From Candidatus Saccharimonadales bacterium (lineage in GTDB: Bacteria; Patescibacteriota; Saccharimonadia; Saccharimonadales; UBA10212), in assembly GCA_038245195.1 (NCBI GenBank), contig JBBRSU010000001.1:192121-256120 (forward strand): 64,000 bases of DNA, given 5' to 3'. Within the stretch, counting starts at the first letter, position 1. Each line of letters begins with the position of its first letter. The notes beneath the pieces were generated by a model that saw only the letters and a program-made list of their open reading frames with translations, had not been told where the DNA came from and made no database searches. Position numbers and translations under genes: made by a program. Positions 43,520 through 52,590 of the stretch are shown here, in pieces.

Positions 43520-43711
43520 TTACTTGGAAGTGGTGTTCGATACTGAATTAGTACCCGTAGTCCTACTAAAGTTCTTCACAAAGTTACCAACCGAGTAGAA
43601 ATGATATGCTACAAACGCGAATACTAGAAGTACTATAAGTGCTTCTAGGGACTTCTGAGCTATTGATTTTGCCGTTAGTCGGACGGACTGTTTCTTTAGT
43701 TGCCTATTCAT
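43520..43711 (-). CDS. small single-pass membrane protein coupled to the GT2 synthase
   Basis: 63 aa with one TM helix. Its start overlaps the GT2 stop by 4 nt. Confidence 0.5.
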   Translation of the reverse strand: MNRQLKKQSVRLTAKSIAQKSLEALIVLLVFAFVAYHFYSVGNFVKNFSRTTGTNSVSNTTSK

Positions 43712-44844
43712 CGAGCTGTGTCCCGTAAAGCTTTAGTATCCAGCGAATATCGGCGGCCCTCAGTCTGCCAGCCGACTATTTGGGTTCTGAATTTTCTTAA
43801 TACAATTACCTCTATGAACGCTTTAATAAATATTGTTAATTCGATCATCCGCATAAAATAGAACAAGGGGAAAACGCTCATTATAGAAAACCGTTTGGCC
43901 GATATAGCCGTAAAAACTGCTAACATTGAAATAAATAGATAGTCAGCTAGGAAAACAGAGGGTATTGCAACCCACCGGTGTGGATGCGTGTTGATTATGA
44001 CCAGTGGCAAAACAACAGTCATCTGTAGTAGATAAATCGACGTCTCAAGTAGTTGATAGCCAATATAGAGATCGATGGCTTGAGGCCTTGTACCGACTTT
44101 ATATTTCCTCACTCCTTGGAAAAAACCACGATGCCACCTAGAGGTTTGGATACAAAAATCCTTCAGTGTTTGCGGATCTTGGGTGTAGTTTATAGCTCCT
44201 GGGATGTACTTAATCTTCCCTAGTTTTAAACGGTGAAATTGTAAAGTAAGGTCAAAGTCTTCTGTGAGGCTTTCAGCCGAGAAGTCTAGCTTAGAAATTA
44301 TGTCCGTTCTAAGACTAGTGACTGGTCCAGGGAAAACCGAAACCATACCCATCCAGGACTGCAACCGGCGTAGAACTTGTTGGCCATAAGTATAACTAAA
44401 CACTCGATATTTACTTATCCAATTACCTCGTAGGCTTTGGACAAAGCCCACTGCGGCCACATATCTCTTACCGATTAAGTTGCGACGATAAATTCGGAAG
44501 TAATTCTTACCAAATACACTGTCTGCATCAGCGACATGTAGCCACTGATATCGTTTCTCTATCTCAAAGTAAGCAATTGCCTGATAGACAGCTCTAGCTT
44601 TGCCACTGCGTTTTACGCTCAGCACTTGCTTTCTACCCAGCATAGCGACTGCCTCTTTGCGAGTTCTATCCGTCGAGGAGTCATCAACCACAAAGATATT
44701 ATCTTTGGATTGACCAGCAGCAATCGCTGAACGAATAGTGGACTTAATAATCAGCTCTTCATTATGAGCCGGAAGCAGTAATGCCATCTTTCGTTTGTAA
44801 ACGCGATTGGCATTCTTTGATTGATTCTTAGGTGTTTTTCCCAT
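43708..44844 (-). CDS. processive family-2 glycosyltransferase (PgaC/IcaA/cellulose-synthase-like) with C-terminal TM domain
   Basis: DDSSTD, HVADADS (DxD), LTEDFDLT (TED) and QTSRWHRG (QxxRW) motifs, plus 3-4 C-terminal helices. Confidence 0.85.
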   Translation of the reverse strand: MGKTPKNQSKNANRVYKRKMALLLPAHNEELIIKSTIRSAIAAGQSKDNIFVVDDSSTDRTRKEAVAMLGRKQVLSVKRSGKARAVYQAIAYFEIEKRYQWLHVADADSVFGKNYFRIYRRNLIGKRYVAAVGFVQSLRGNWISKYRVFSYTYGQQVLRRLQSWMGMVSVFPGPVTSLRTDIISKLDFSAESLTEDFDLTLQFHRLKLGKIKYIPGAINYTQDPQTLKDFCIQTSRWHRGFFQGVRKYKVGTRPQAIDLYIGYQLLETSIYLLQMTVVLPLVIINTHPHRWVAIPSVFLADYLFISMLAVFTAISAKRFSIMSVFPLFYFMRMIELTIFIKAFIEVIVLRKFRTQIVGWQTEGRRYSLDTKALRDTAR

Positions 44845-44910
44845 AGTAAATAACTACAAAACATAAATACTATATCCTATTATAGTAAAAAAAGCAATAT
44901 GCTTATGTAA

Positions 44911-46461
44911 TTAGGCTTCGTGGATCACGGAGATGTGGGCACCGAGACTATTTAGGCGGTCGGCCAGATCTTCATAACCTCTGTTAATCGTATAAACGTT
45001 GCGCAACATGGAAATCCCAGAAGGGGCCAGCATGCCAATTAATAAGATCACCGCTGGGCGTAAACCGCTGGGAGCCACTATATCTGATGCCCGCCAGCGA
45101 GTTGGACCGTCTACAAAGATTCGGTGTGGGTCGGCTAGTTCGAGATTGACGCCAATTTTTTTCATCTCGGTATACATTAAGGCTCGGTCTTCATAGACCC
45201 AGTCGTGGATTAAGGTCCGACCTTTGGCCACAGCCACAATTGGCACAAAATACGGCAGGTTATCGATGTTGATGCCGGCTCCGCCGGTTAGTGGGTGAAT
45301 TTTCTCTTCTGGAGCTTTAAGCTCGCCGTTGTGCTTATGAACTCTAATATCAACTAGGTTTGTCTGGCCATTGTCAGCCTTATAAACCTCAGTCATATCA
45401 GTTTTGAGGCCCATCTTATTTAGCTTTAAAAGTTCTAGTTCCAAGAAGTCGATTGGAACCCGTTTGATGGTAAAAGACGAATTGGTGGTTATAGCTGCCG
45501 CTAAGAAGGTCATAGCTTCTACTGGGTCCTCGGCTGGTGAGTAGCTAATATTCTTCTTGATGATTCTTACACCCTTAATCTTCAGAGTATTAGTGCCTAT
45601 TCCATCGATCTTAACACCCAGTTTTTGCAAGAAATAACAGAGATCTCGGACCATATAATTGGCGCTAGCTTGTTTAATTACAGTTTCACCTTCGAAGCGA
45701 GCAGCCGCAATCAGGGCGTTTTCGGTGGCCACGTCACTCATCTCGTACATTACGACTGGCTCTTTTGGCAAGCTTCGCTTAACTGTCACATTGTAATGTC
45801 CACTGTGAGCCACAATTTTAACTCCAAATTCTTCCAAAGCGTAGATATGCGGCAGAATGGTTCTCCGCCCTAGCTCACAACCGCCAGCATAGGGGATTTG
45901 AAACTCCGAAAATTCGTGCATTAAGCTACCGGCTAGCATAATTACAATCCGCGTCTTGCGAGCGGCTTCTTTATTCAGTTTTGATAAATCTAGTGTCTTG
46001 GGGGGCCTAATCTCTAACTCATTGTTAGCCAGCCACTTAATTTGCACTCCAATACTGGATAATACTTCGATAATTCGATTAACTTCTTCAATCCGAGCGA
46101 CTCGTTTTAAGCGAGTAACTCCTTTGTTTAATAAACTGGCACATAAAATAGCCACAGCGGCGTTTTTGGAAGTTTTGAGCTCAATTTCGCCCTTGAGTTC
46201 ATGGCCGCCTTCGATTCGTAGATTGATAGCCCCACCACTTAGCGAAATAAGCTGTTTATTAAGTACGTCGCTAATGCGAGCAAGCGTATCCAAGCTAAGA
46301 TTTTGTTTGCCGTGTTCGATACGGTTAACGGCTGATTGGCTTGTACCTAGCTGTTTGGCAAAACCGGCCTGGGTTAAACCGCGTTCTTGCCGTATCTGGT
46401 AAATTAAACGGCCAATTTTTTGATTTGTTTCGTGCATTAACTCAAAAATAATATCATCCAA
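44911..46461 (-). CDS. murA: UDP-N-acetylglucosamine 1-carboxyvinyltransferase fused to an N-terminal XRE-type HTH domain
   Basis: Residues ~15-70 form an HTH (RGLTQAGFAKQLGTSQSAVNRIEHG). The MurA body starts at LRIEGGHELKGEIELKTSKNAA, with the active-site loop YAGGCELGRR. Start is TTG at 46461 or ATG 24 nt downstream. Confidence 0.88.
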   Translation of the reverse strand: MDDIIFELMHETNQKIGRLIYQIRQERGLTQAGFAKQLGTSQSAVNRIEHGKQNLSLDTLARISDVLNKQLISLSGGAINLRIEGGHELKGEIELKTSKNAAVAILCASLLNKGVTRLKRVARIEEVNRIIEVLSSIGVQIKWLANNELEIRPPKTLDLSKLNKEAARKTRIVIMLAGSLMHEFSEFQIPYAGGCELGRRTILPHIYALEEFGVKIVAHSGHYNVTVKRSLPKEPVVMYEMSDVATENALIAAARFEGETVIKQASANYMVRDLCYFLQKLGVKIDGIGTNTLKIKGVRIIKKNISYSPAEDPVEAMTFLAAAITTNSSFTIKRVPIDFLELELLKLNKMGLKTDMTEVYKADNGQTNLVDIRVHKHNGELKAPEEKIHPLTGGAGINIDNLPYFVPIVAVAKGRTLIHDWVYEDRALMYTEMKKIGVNLELADPHRIFVDGPTRWRASDIVAPSGLRPAVILLIGMLAPSGISMLRNVYTINRGYEDLADRLNSLGAHISVIHEA

Positions 46462-46583
46462 GGTATAGCGTGTCTATATAAAAATAACAACTCAGCAATC
46501 CCGGCCAACTTGCTACAATTAATGAATGGTATAGTTTCCCTCATCTTTTTGGAGTTTAATTTTTAAGAGAGGAAATTTTTATT

Positions 46584-47861
46584 ATGAAAGACAAGCCGGT
46601 AGCCAAGCTAATAGCATCTGAGGAAAACCGCCAGCGCGAGGGATTAGAGCTAATTCCCTCCGAAAACTACGTTAGCAAGGACGTATTGAATGCTTTAGGC
46701 AGTGTTTTCACCAATAAATATTCAGAGGGTTACCCCGGTAAACGCTACTACGGTGGCCAAGATTTTACTGACCCCCTAGAAACCTTAGCGATTGAGCGTG
46801 CCAAGAACTTATTTAAGGCCGATCACGCCAATGTTCAGCCGCATTCCGGTGCTCCGGCCAATGTAGCGGTTTATTTTGCTTGGTTGGAACCTGGCGATAC
46901 GGTTATGGGCATGCGGTTGGACCATGGTGGACACTTAACCCACGGCCATCCGGTAACCACTATGGCCAAACTGTACAACTTTGTACGCTACGGAATTAAA
47001 GATTTAGAAACCGGCGAAATTGACTACGATGCCATGCGCCAGGTAGCGCTTAAAGAAAAACCGAAGATACTTTTGGCTGGCTTCTCCGGGTACCCCCGTA
47101 ATTTGGACTACGCCAAGTTTGCCGAAATTGGTAACGAAGTTGGGGCGATGCTAATGGCCGATATGGCCCACATAGCCGGTTTGATAGCTGGCAAAGCTCT
47201 GCCTAACCCGTTTGACTACGGTTTTCATGTCATTACTACCACTACCCATAAAACTTTGCGTGGTCCACGTGGCGGCCTGATATTAACTAAAGGCAAGGTT
47301 GGCAACCCCCTAAAGCAAGTCGAGAAAAGCCTGGAGAATTTGCCGACCCTAATTGATAGGGAAGTGTTTCCTGGCTTCCAGGGTGGCCCGCATATGAACA
47401 ATACGGCCGCTAAAGCCGTGGCTTTTCATGAAGCTGCCCAGCCAGCGTTTCAGGTTTATGCCAAACAAATCCTATCAAATGCCAAGGTTTTAGCCGATGA
47501 AATGATGAAACGCGGTTTCAAATTAGTAACTAATGGTACCGATAACCACCTAATAATGGCCAATGTATACACCAGCTTTGGCGTGAACGGCCGAGAAGTC
47601 CAGGATATTTTAGATAAAATTGGCCTATCAGCTAACTGCAACTCCATACCGAACGATGTTCTGCCACCATTTCGGCCCAGCGGGCTTCGGCTGGGCACTC
47701 CGGCTATGACAAGCCGCGGGCTTAAAGAAGAGCACATGGGTCAGGTAGCCGAGTGGTTGAAAAAATCTATCAAAGGCCGCAATGATGATAAATTACTTAA
47801 TAGCTTAAGAAATGAAGTGAAAGAATTTAGCCTGCAATTCCCGCTGCCCAGCGATATTTAG
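46584..47861 (+). CDS. glyA: serine hydroxymethyltransferase
   Basis: TTTTHKTLRGPRGG PLP-lysine motif. Confidence 0.97.
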   Translation: MKDKPVAKLIASEENRQREGLELIPSENYVSKDVLNALGSVFTNKYSEGYPGKRYYGGQDFTDPLETLAIERAKNLFKADHANVQPHSGAPANVAVYFAWLEPGDTVMGMRLDHGGHLTHGHPVTTMAKLYNFVRYGIKDLETGEIDYDAMRQVALKEKPKILLAGFSGYPRNLDYAKFAEIGNEVGAMLMADMAHIAGLIAGKALPNPFDYGFHVITTTTHKTLRGPRGGLILTKGKVGNPLKQVEKSLENLPTLIDREVFPGFQGGPHMNNTAAKAVAFHEAAQPAFQVYAKQILSNAKVLADEMMKRGFKLVTNGTDNHLIMANVYTSFGVNGREVQDILDKIGLSANCNSIPNDVLPPFRPSGLRLGTPAMTSRGLKEEHMGQVAEWLKKSIKGRNDDKLLNSLRNEVKEFSLQFPLPSDI

Positions 47862-48088
47862 CTGGTTCGTTTGGCGATGAAGGTCATGACGGCCGTAGCG
47901 GCGACCCAGTTTGGAACAATCAATAAAATCGCCTGCTGGTAAGTGTCGGTATCTCTAAAACCAAAAAACAGGCTAAAGCCCAGGTAAGCGATGAAGGGCA
48001 GGTAGGTTAACCAGCCCAGCCAATTATTTGGTAAGTAGCTATCTCGAACCGGTACGAACATGGTGTCTGTGTCGGGTTTTTTACTCAT
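47858..48088 (-). CDS. small two-helix membrane protein
   Basis: 76 aa with two hydrophobic segments. Confidence 0.4.
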   Translation of the reverse strand: MSKKPDTDTMFVPVRDSYLPNNWLGWLTYLPFIAYLGFSLFFGFRDTDTYQQAILLIVPNWVAATAVMTFIAKRTS

Positions 48089-48105
48089 AAAACAATATTA
48101 TCACT

Positions 48106-49134
48106 TTACGGAAGCAGCTCGGGTTCTTGTTCCAAACTAATTCCAAACATTTGTTGAACTCGGTCCAAGATCTGCTGTTTAAAGGCTAGTAAATCACTGG
48201 TGTGTTGGGCCGATTCATTAACTAAGACCAATGCCTGATTTGGCCAAGTCGCCATGCCGGTTGCTGGGTCACGGACTCCTTTAAAACCAGCTTGCTCAAC
48301 CAACCAACCAGCCGCAACCTTAATATGTCCGTCTTTAATCGGCCAGCCTTTGATATCGGGATAAGTCAGTTTTAGTTGCTCAAATTTGGAATGCTCAATT
48401 ATTGGATTAGTGAAAAACGAGCCATTATTAGCGACCTTTTCAGGATCGGGTAGTTTGTGGCTGCGTATATCTATCACAGCTTCCCTGATAGTTTTAGGCG
48501 TATATTTATTAGCTCCATGGTCATCCAGATAAGTTTGCAGAGTTTCGTAAAATGGCGGCACCGGGTTGGTTTTGCGAAGAGTTAGTGTGATAGAAACGAT
48601 AAAAAACCGTCCGCGATCGGTGGTTTTAAACCGGCTGGAACGGTAAGAGAAATTGCACTCGTGGTTTTGGAGTTTTACCAACATATTCAGCGTTGAATCG
48701 TAAGCTTCTAGTTCTAATAAAGTATCTGATAACTCGCCACCATAGGCTCCCACATTCTGGACCGGGGCAGCCCCAACTGTGCCCGGCACTAGCGACATGT
48801 ATTCGATGCCGGTCAGCTTTTTCCCCACCACCCAATCAACCGCTTTATCCCAATTTTCGCCGCTAGCAATTTTTAAGGTTGCAGAATGATTATCTTCACT
48901 TATAACTTCACGGCCCATAATTTTATTTACGATAATCAGGCCGTTAAAGCCCTCATCACGCCAAACTATATTACTGCCACGCCCTACCATAATTATTGGT
49001 AGCTGCTGCGTCTTGGCCCAACTAACAGCTTCTGGAATTTCTTCGTTTTTGGAAACCTGGGTTAAGTACCGAGCCACTCCTCCTAAACGCATAGTACTAT
49101 AGGCGGCTAAACTAACGTTTTTCTGGATATTCAT
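48106..49134 (-). CDS. murB: UDP-N-acetylenolpyruvoylglucosamine reductase
   Basis: FAD-binding domain (MVGRGSNIV) and C-terminal AGWLVEQAGFKG. Confidence 0.92.
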   Translation of the reverse strand: MNIQKNVSLAAYSTMRLGGVARYLTQVSKNEEIPEAVSWAKTQQLPIIMVGRGSNIVWRDEGFNGLIIVNKIMGREVISEDNHSATLKIASGENWDKAVDWVVGKKLTGIEYMSLVPGTVGAAPVQNVGAYGGELSDTLLELEAYDSTLNMLVKLQNHECNFSYRSSRFKTTDRGRFFIVSITLTLRKTNPVPPFYETLQTYLDDHGANKYTPKTIREAVIDIRSHKLPDPEKVANNGSFFTNPIIEHSKFEQLKLTYPDIKGWPIKDGHIKVAAGWLVEQAGFKGVRDPATGMATWPNQALVLVNESAQHTSDLLAFKQQILDRVQQMFGISLEQEPELLP

Positions 49135-49187
49135 TAACCTTATTATAAGCTAAGCTTGCAGGCGAGCCGAAACAGTTAGTACAATAT

Positions 49188-49730
49188 TTGGATATGGCCG
49201 AAATAAATCCGCATAGTCAGTATCGCCCGCTTGGTAAAAACCTCAAAGATTTGAGAACTCGGGCTAACGAAAGTTTGGCCGAAGCATCTGGAGCTGTTGA
49301 GATTGATGTCATGGAGCTGGCCAGTTTCGAGCTGGGCAAAGCCTGCCCAACAGAAGACGTACTGTTGCTTTTGATAAGCCACTTTGGCGCCAAGGACGAT
49401 GAGGCGGTTAGGCTTTGGGAAATGGCCGGTTATGCCATGGAAAAAATTCCAATGACTCACGCTGTGAATGTGGAGCTTCTGGGCCAAACAATAAATAATG
49501 ATAATCGAATATTATTTACCGACGTGGTTGACATTATGGTTAACAACTACGGGGTTATTATGAACTTTATGCAAAGTGGCCCAGCTAACTCATCTCAGTC
49601 GGTGGCTAGGGTTGGTATGAGTCGCGAACATGCCAAAAGTATTTTGCTGATTCTGCAGAAAACCATCGCCCAAACCGAAAAGAACTCAGCCAAAAAAACT
49701 GCTCCAGACGCCGGTTCAACTCCACAATAA
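49188..49730 (+). CDS. XRE-type HTH protein with DUF3467-like C-terminal domain
   Basis: N-terminal LGKNLKDLRTRANESLAEASGAV. C-terminal FTDVVDIMVNNYGVIMNF...ARVGMSREHAKSIL. Confidence 0.5.
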   Translation: MDMAEINPHSQYRPLGKNLKDLRTRANESLAEASGAVEIDVMELASFELGKACPTEDVLLLLISHFGAKDDEAVRLWEMAGYAMEKIPMTHAVNVELLGQTINNDNRILFTDVVDIMVNNYGVIMNFMQSGPANSSQSVARVGMSREHAKSILLILQKTIAQTEKNSAKKTAPDAGSTPQ

Positions 49731-49731
49731 C

Positions 49732-49740
49732 TGGTATAAT
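49732..49740 (+). promoter_or_regulatory. extended -10 promoter TGGTATAAT for tRNA-Arg(CCG)
   Basis: Located 27 nt upstream of the tRNA. Confidence 0.45.
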
Positions 49741-49767
49741 CAAGGCCACTGCTTAGTTTTTTGATAT

Positions 49768-49844
49768 GCGCGTGTAGCTCAGTTGGATAGAGCGTTGGTT
49801 TCCGGTACCAAAGGCCGGGGGTTCGAATCCCTTCACGCGTACCA
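49768..49844 (+). tRNA. tRNA-Arg (CCG), CCA encoded
   Basis: GCGCGTG...TTGGT-TTCCGGT-ACCAA...CACGCGT-A-CCA. G1-U72. Confidence 0.88.
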
Positions 49845-49851
49845 AGCATCT

Positions 49852-50070
49852 TTATGCAGCAATGTCGTGGTGCACGATTAGGAATTCAGCGGCTTTACGA
49901 CGGCATCTTTCGGCGACTATGGCTTCAAGCTCAGCTTTATCGGGATAGCCTGTTTCGAAGCTTTGTGCAGATAGGTCCTCGTACTCTTGGGCTAATTGCT
50001 CTAAAACTACCGGATCATCAGGTTTTATATCCGAATCGGATAAAAGATATAGTGGTGTGCCTTCTATCAT
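49852..50070 (-). CDS. hypothetical small acidic protein
   Basis: 72-aa ORF between two tRNA-Arg genes. Confidence 0.35.
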   Translation of the reverse strand: MIEGTPLYLLSDSDIKPDDPVVLEQLAQEYEDLSAQSFETGYPDKAELEAIVAERCRRKAAEFLIVHHDIAA

Positions 50071-50140
50071 TTTTGTTTTAATTAATGTTTACATATTCAT
50101 TTTAGCACTCTGCTCAAACGATTCAAGAGTAGCTCTAATC

Positions 50141-50149
50141 TGTTACAAT
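50141..50149 (+). promoter_or_regulatory. extended -10 promoter TGTTACAAT for tRNA-Arg(TCG)
   Basis: Located 15 nt upstream of the tRNA. Confidence 0.45.
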
Positions 50150-50164
50150 GAATTTACTCTTCAC

Positions 50165-50240
50165 GCGCCCGTAGCTCAGTGGATAGAGCGTCGCGCTTCG
50201 GACGCGAAAGTCGGCGGTTCGAATCCGTCCGGGCGTACCA
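50165..50240 (+). tRNA. tRNA-Arg (TCG), CCA encoded
   Basis: GCGCCCG...TCGCG-CTTCGGA-CGCGA...CGGGCGT-A-CCA. G1-U72. Confidence 0.88.
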
Positions 50241-50290
50241 AGCATAAGTGCTATTGATTAGTTTGCACATACAAACTACTCTACTACCAG

Positions 50291-50806
50291 ATGCCCGCTA
50301 AAAGTCTGAGCTCCCATTTATCCAAACATGTCGCCATTTTGCGAGTTGTGTTTGGCCTGATGTGGGCTATAAACGCAGCTTTTAAGTGGCAAACGGCTTT
50401 TAAGGATAGTTTTTTGGATCAAATTAGAGCCGCCAGCGATGGCCAGCCCAGCTGGTTGCATGGCTGGTTTAATTTTTGGTCTACCAGCCTGGCTCATAAT
50501 CCGCACCTGTTCGCTTACCTAGTAGCAATTGTTGAAACACTCATTGCCCTGGCATTAATTTTTGGTGTGGCTAGAAGATTAACCTACATTTCAGCAGCTA
50601 TTTTTAGTTTGCTGATTTGGGGCGTGGCCGAAGGTTTTGGTGGCCCGTATAATGCCGAATCAACCGACATCGGTACTGGCATAATCTATGCTGTAGTGTT
50701 CTTTTCTTTGTATGGCCTTGAGCGTTTCGCAACCCGGCCTATCTGGTCGCTAGATAATTACATAATCAAACGACTGCCTTGGTGGGCAGTTATCTCTAAC
50801 CCCTAG
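50291..50806 (+). CDS. DoxX-like four-helix membrane protein
   Basis: LRVVFGLMWAINAAFKW and later helices. Weak family assignment. Confidence 0.4.
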   Translation: MPAKSLSSHLSKHVAILRVVFGLMWAINAAFKWQTAFKDSFLDQIRAASDGQPSWLHGWFNFWSTSLAHNPHLFAYLVAIVETLIALALIFGVARRLTYISAAIFSLLIWGVAEGFGGPYNAESTDIGTGIIYAVVFFSLYGLERFATRPIWSLDNYIIKRLPWWAVISNP

Positions 50807-50809
50807 ATA

Positions 50810-51577
50810 TTAGGCTTCGTTACTATTTTTCTGTCGCTGGCCTTTTTGCCAGCCCATTTGCCGTAGAAAAGGTTCGAACAAATCGTCCTCCATATGCTCT
50901 AAATAAAAGCCTTTTATTTCTTCTAAAGTTGGATTTCTATCTTGAAACTTAACAAACGGGATATCAGAAATCACTGCTAGTGGAGTTTGTTCTGAACCTT
51001 CGCCCATTACCACCACGGCGGCCGAAGCTAGGGCATCCACTATGTTTGAAATACTAACTTCAAGAAGTCGGCCGAATAAATCAGGTTTACCAACATAGTT
51101 ATTATTTGGCAAGAATCCACTATAGCGAATGGTAACCCCTTCGGTGCCATAGTGTAGTGGCCGGGCAGTGCTATCGGTTAAAATCACCCCTACATTTTTT
51201 ATACCGAATCTTTTTACTAGATATTCCCTGACAGAATTCACAGTCTTTTGAGGGTCTTTGGGCCACAATACATACTTGCCGTCACCATTAGATAAATCTA
51301 TCCCGGCAGCCGGAATTAACGTGTTATGTAATATCGTGAAGCTAAAACCATACTTACTTAGATTTTTTGGCAGGTAGTAATCAGACTCTTGTTCAACAAG
51401 CTGGCTTTTATCAATCCCTTCGACTGGTATAACTCGACCTTCGCAGATTGCCGCCACCTTGGATGTAATCGCCAAAACCGAATTATCTTCAAAGCTCCCT
51501 AGACTTTTATCAAGTAAACTTTCCAAGCTACCATAGCTGGCTGTAATCTTATCGGTCTTAATTGTCTTAACAATCAT
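50810..51577 (-). CDS. CofE-like gamma-glutamyl ligase (putative folate-metabolism gamma-glutamate ligase)
   Basis: AITSKVAAICEGR and PAAGIDLSNGDGKYVLWP. Adjacent to the 5-FTHF cyclo-ligase. Confidence 0.7.
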   Translation of the reverse strand: MIVKTIKTDKITASYGSLESLLDKSLGSFEDNSVLAITSKVAAICEGRVIPVEGIDKSQLVEQESDYYLPKNLSKYGFSFTILHNTLIPAAGIDLSNGDGKYVLWPKDPQKTVNSVREYLVKRFGIKNVGVILTDSTARPLHYGTEGVTIRYSGFLPNNNYVGKPDLFGRLLEVSISNIVDALASAAVVVMGEGSEQTPLAVISDIPFVKFQDRNPTLEEIKGFYLEHMEDDLFEPFLRQMGWQKGQRQKNSNEA

Positions 51578-51586
51578 AGCTTTGGA

Positions 51587-52054
51587 TTATACCTCAGTTA
51601 GAATTCTATCGAGTGGTATATCATGGGCTTGATGTTCAAAACCGGCTTCTACTAGGCCATTAGCAAAACTCAGACCGACTTTTAGTGCCTTCGGCTGTCC
51701 AGCTAAAAACTTATCATACCAACCACCACCCCATCCCAGCCGATAGTTCTGACTATCAAAAGCCAAACAGGGAACAATAATCAGATTAAATTTGTCGCTA
51801 GGAAACTCGGTACCCACTGTTTTACCCAATAATTTTACTTCAATACCTTGGTTTTTTAGTCGTTTGACTAATGGAGCGGTATCGATTTCGTTGAATTTCT
51901 CTATCGGCTGGAACACACAGACTGTTTGATATTTTGTCCAATCAAAATCGTTAATTAATTTCCGAATAATAATCCGGCTTTTAGAGCTAACTTCAGGCGG
52001 GCTCATTCGTAGTCTAATCTGCCGATACACAGCTCGAAGCTCGTCTTTGTTCAT
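51587..52054 (-). CDS. 5-formyltetrahydrofolate cyclo-ligase (short form)
   Basis: VPCLAFDSQNYRLGWGGGWYDKFL. Confidence 0.8.
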   Translation of the reverse strand: MNKDELRAVYRQIRLRMSPPEVSSKSRIIIRKLINDFDWTKYQTVCVFQPIEKFNEIDTAPLVKRLKNQGIEVKLLGKTVGTEFPSDKFNLIIVPCLAFDSQNYRLGWGGGWYDKFLAGQPKALKVGLSFANGLVEAGFEHQAHDIPLDRILTEV

Positions 52055-52204
52055 ATACTTAATAGTATAGATAATCCGGCGAATCCCAGAAGCCCAACTC
52101 TATTCTTAAGTTGTATCCCGAGCTAAGACTTTCCTAGCAGTCGTCGGATAAGCATCACGAGTTTTGGTGGGCCATGTGCAAAATGCTACTGCAACTAAAA
52201 TATA

Positions 52205-52588
52205 CTACTCAGGACGAGCGTCTTTGTAGGTTTGTTGCAACGTCCAGCTATTACCATCCGGATCTTCAAAGTATGCATACTTTACGCCGCCCATATTGTT
52301 GACTTTACTAATCTCTACGCCGTTTTTCACGAGCTCATTGCGCGCTAACTCTATATTTTCAACTACTAAGTGGGTGTTCTTAACTGATCCAGGGCTAGAT
52401 AAAACTCCCATTCCGATACCAAAAACAATAGAGCACCCTGAGCCAACTGGTGTTAGCTGGACTACTCGCATCCCGTTTCCGGGTTGTACATCGTGATCCA
52501 AGTTAAAGCCTATCTTGTTCTGATAAAAATCTATGCTGTTGTCTATGTCTGTAACTGGCAACATCACTACTTCTATCTTCATTTCCAT
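52205..52588 (-). CDS. VOC/glyoxalase family protein
   Basis: MLPVTDIDNSIDFY...FEDPDGNSW. Confidence 0.75.
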   Translation of the reverse strand: MEMKIEVVMLPVTDIDNSIDFYQNKIGFNLDHDVQPGNGMRVVQLTPVGSGCSIVFGIGMGVLSSPGSVKNTHLVVENIELARNELVKNGVEISKVNNMGGVKYAYFEDPDGNSWTLQQTYKDARPE

Positions 52589-52590
52589 AA

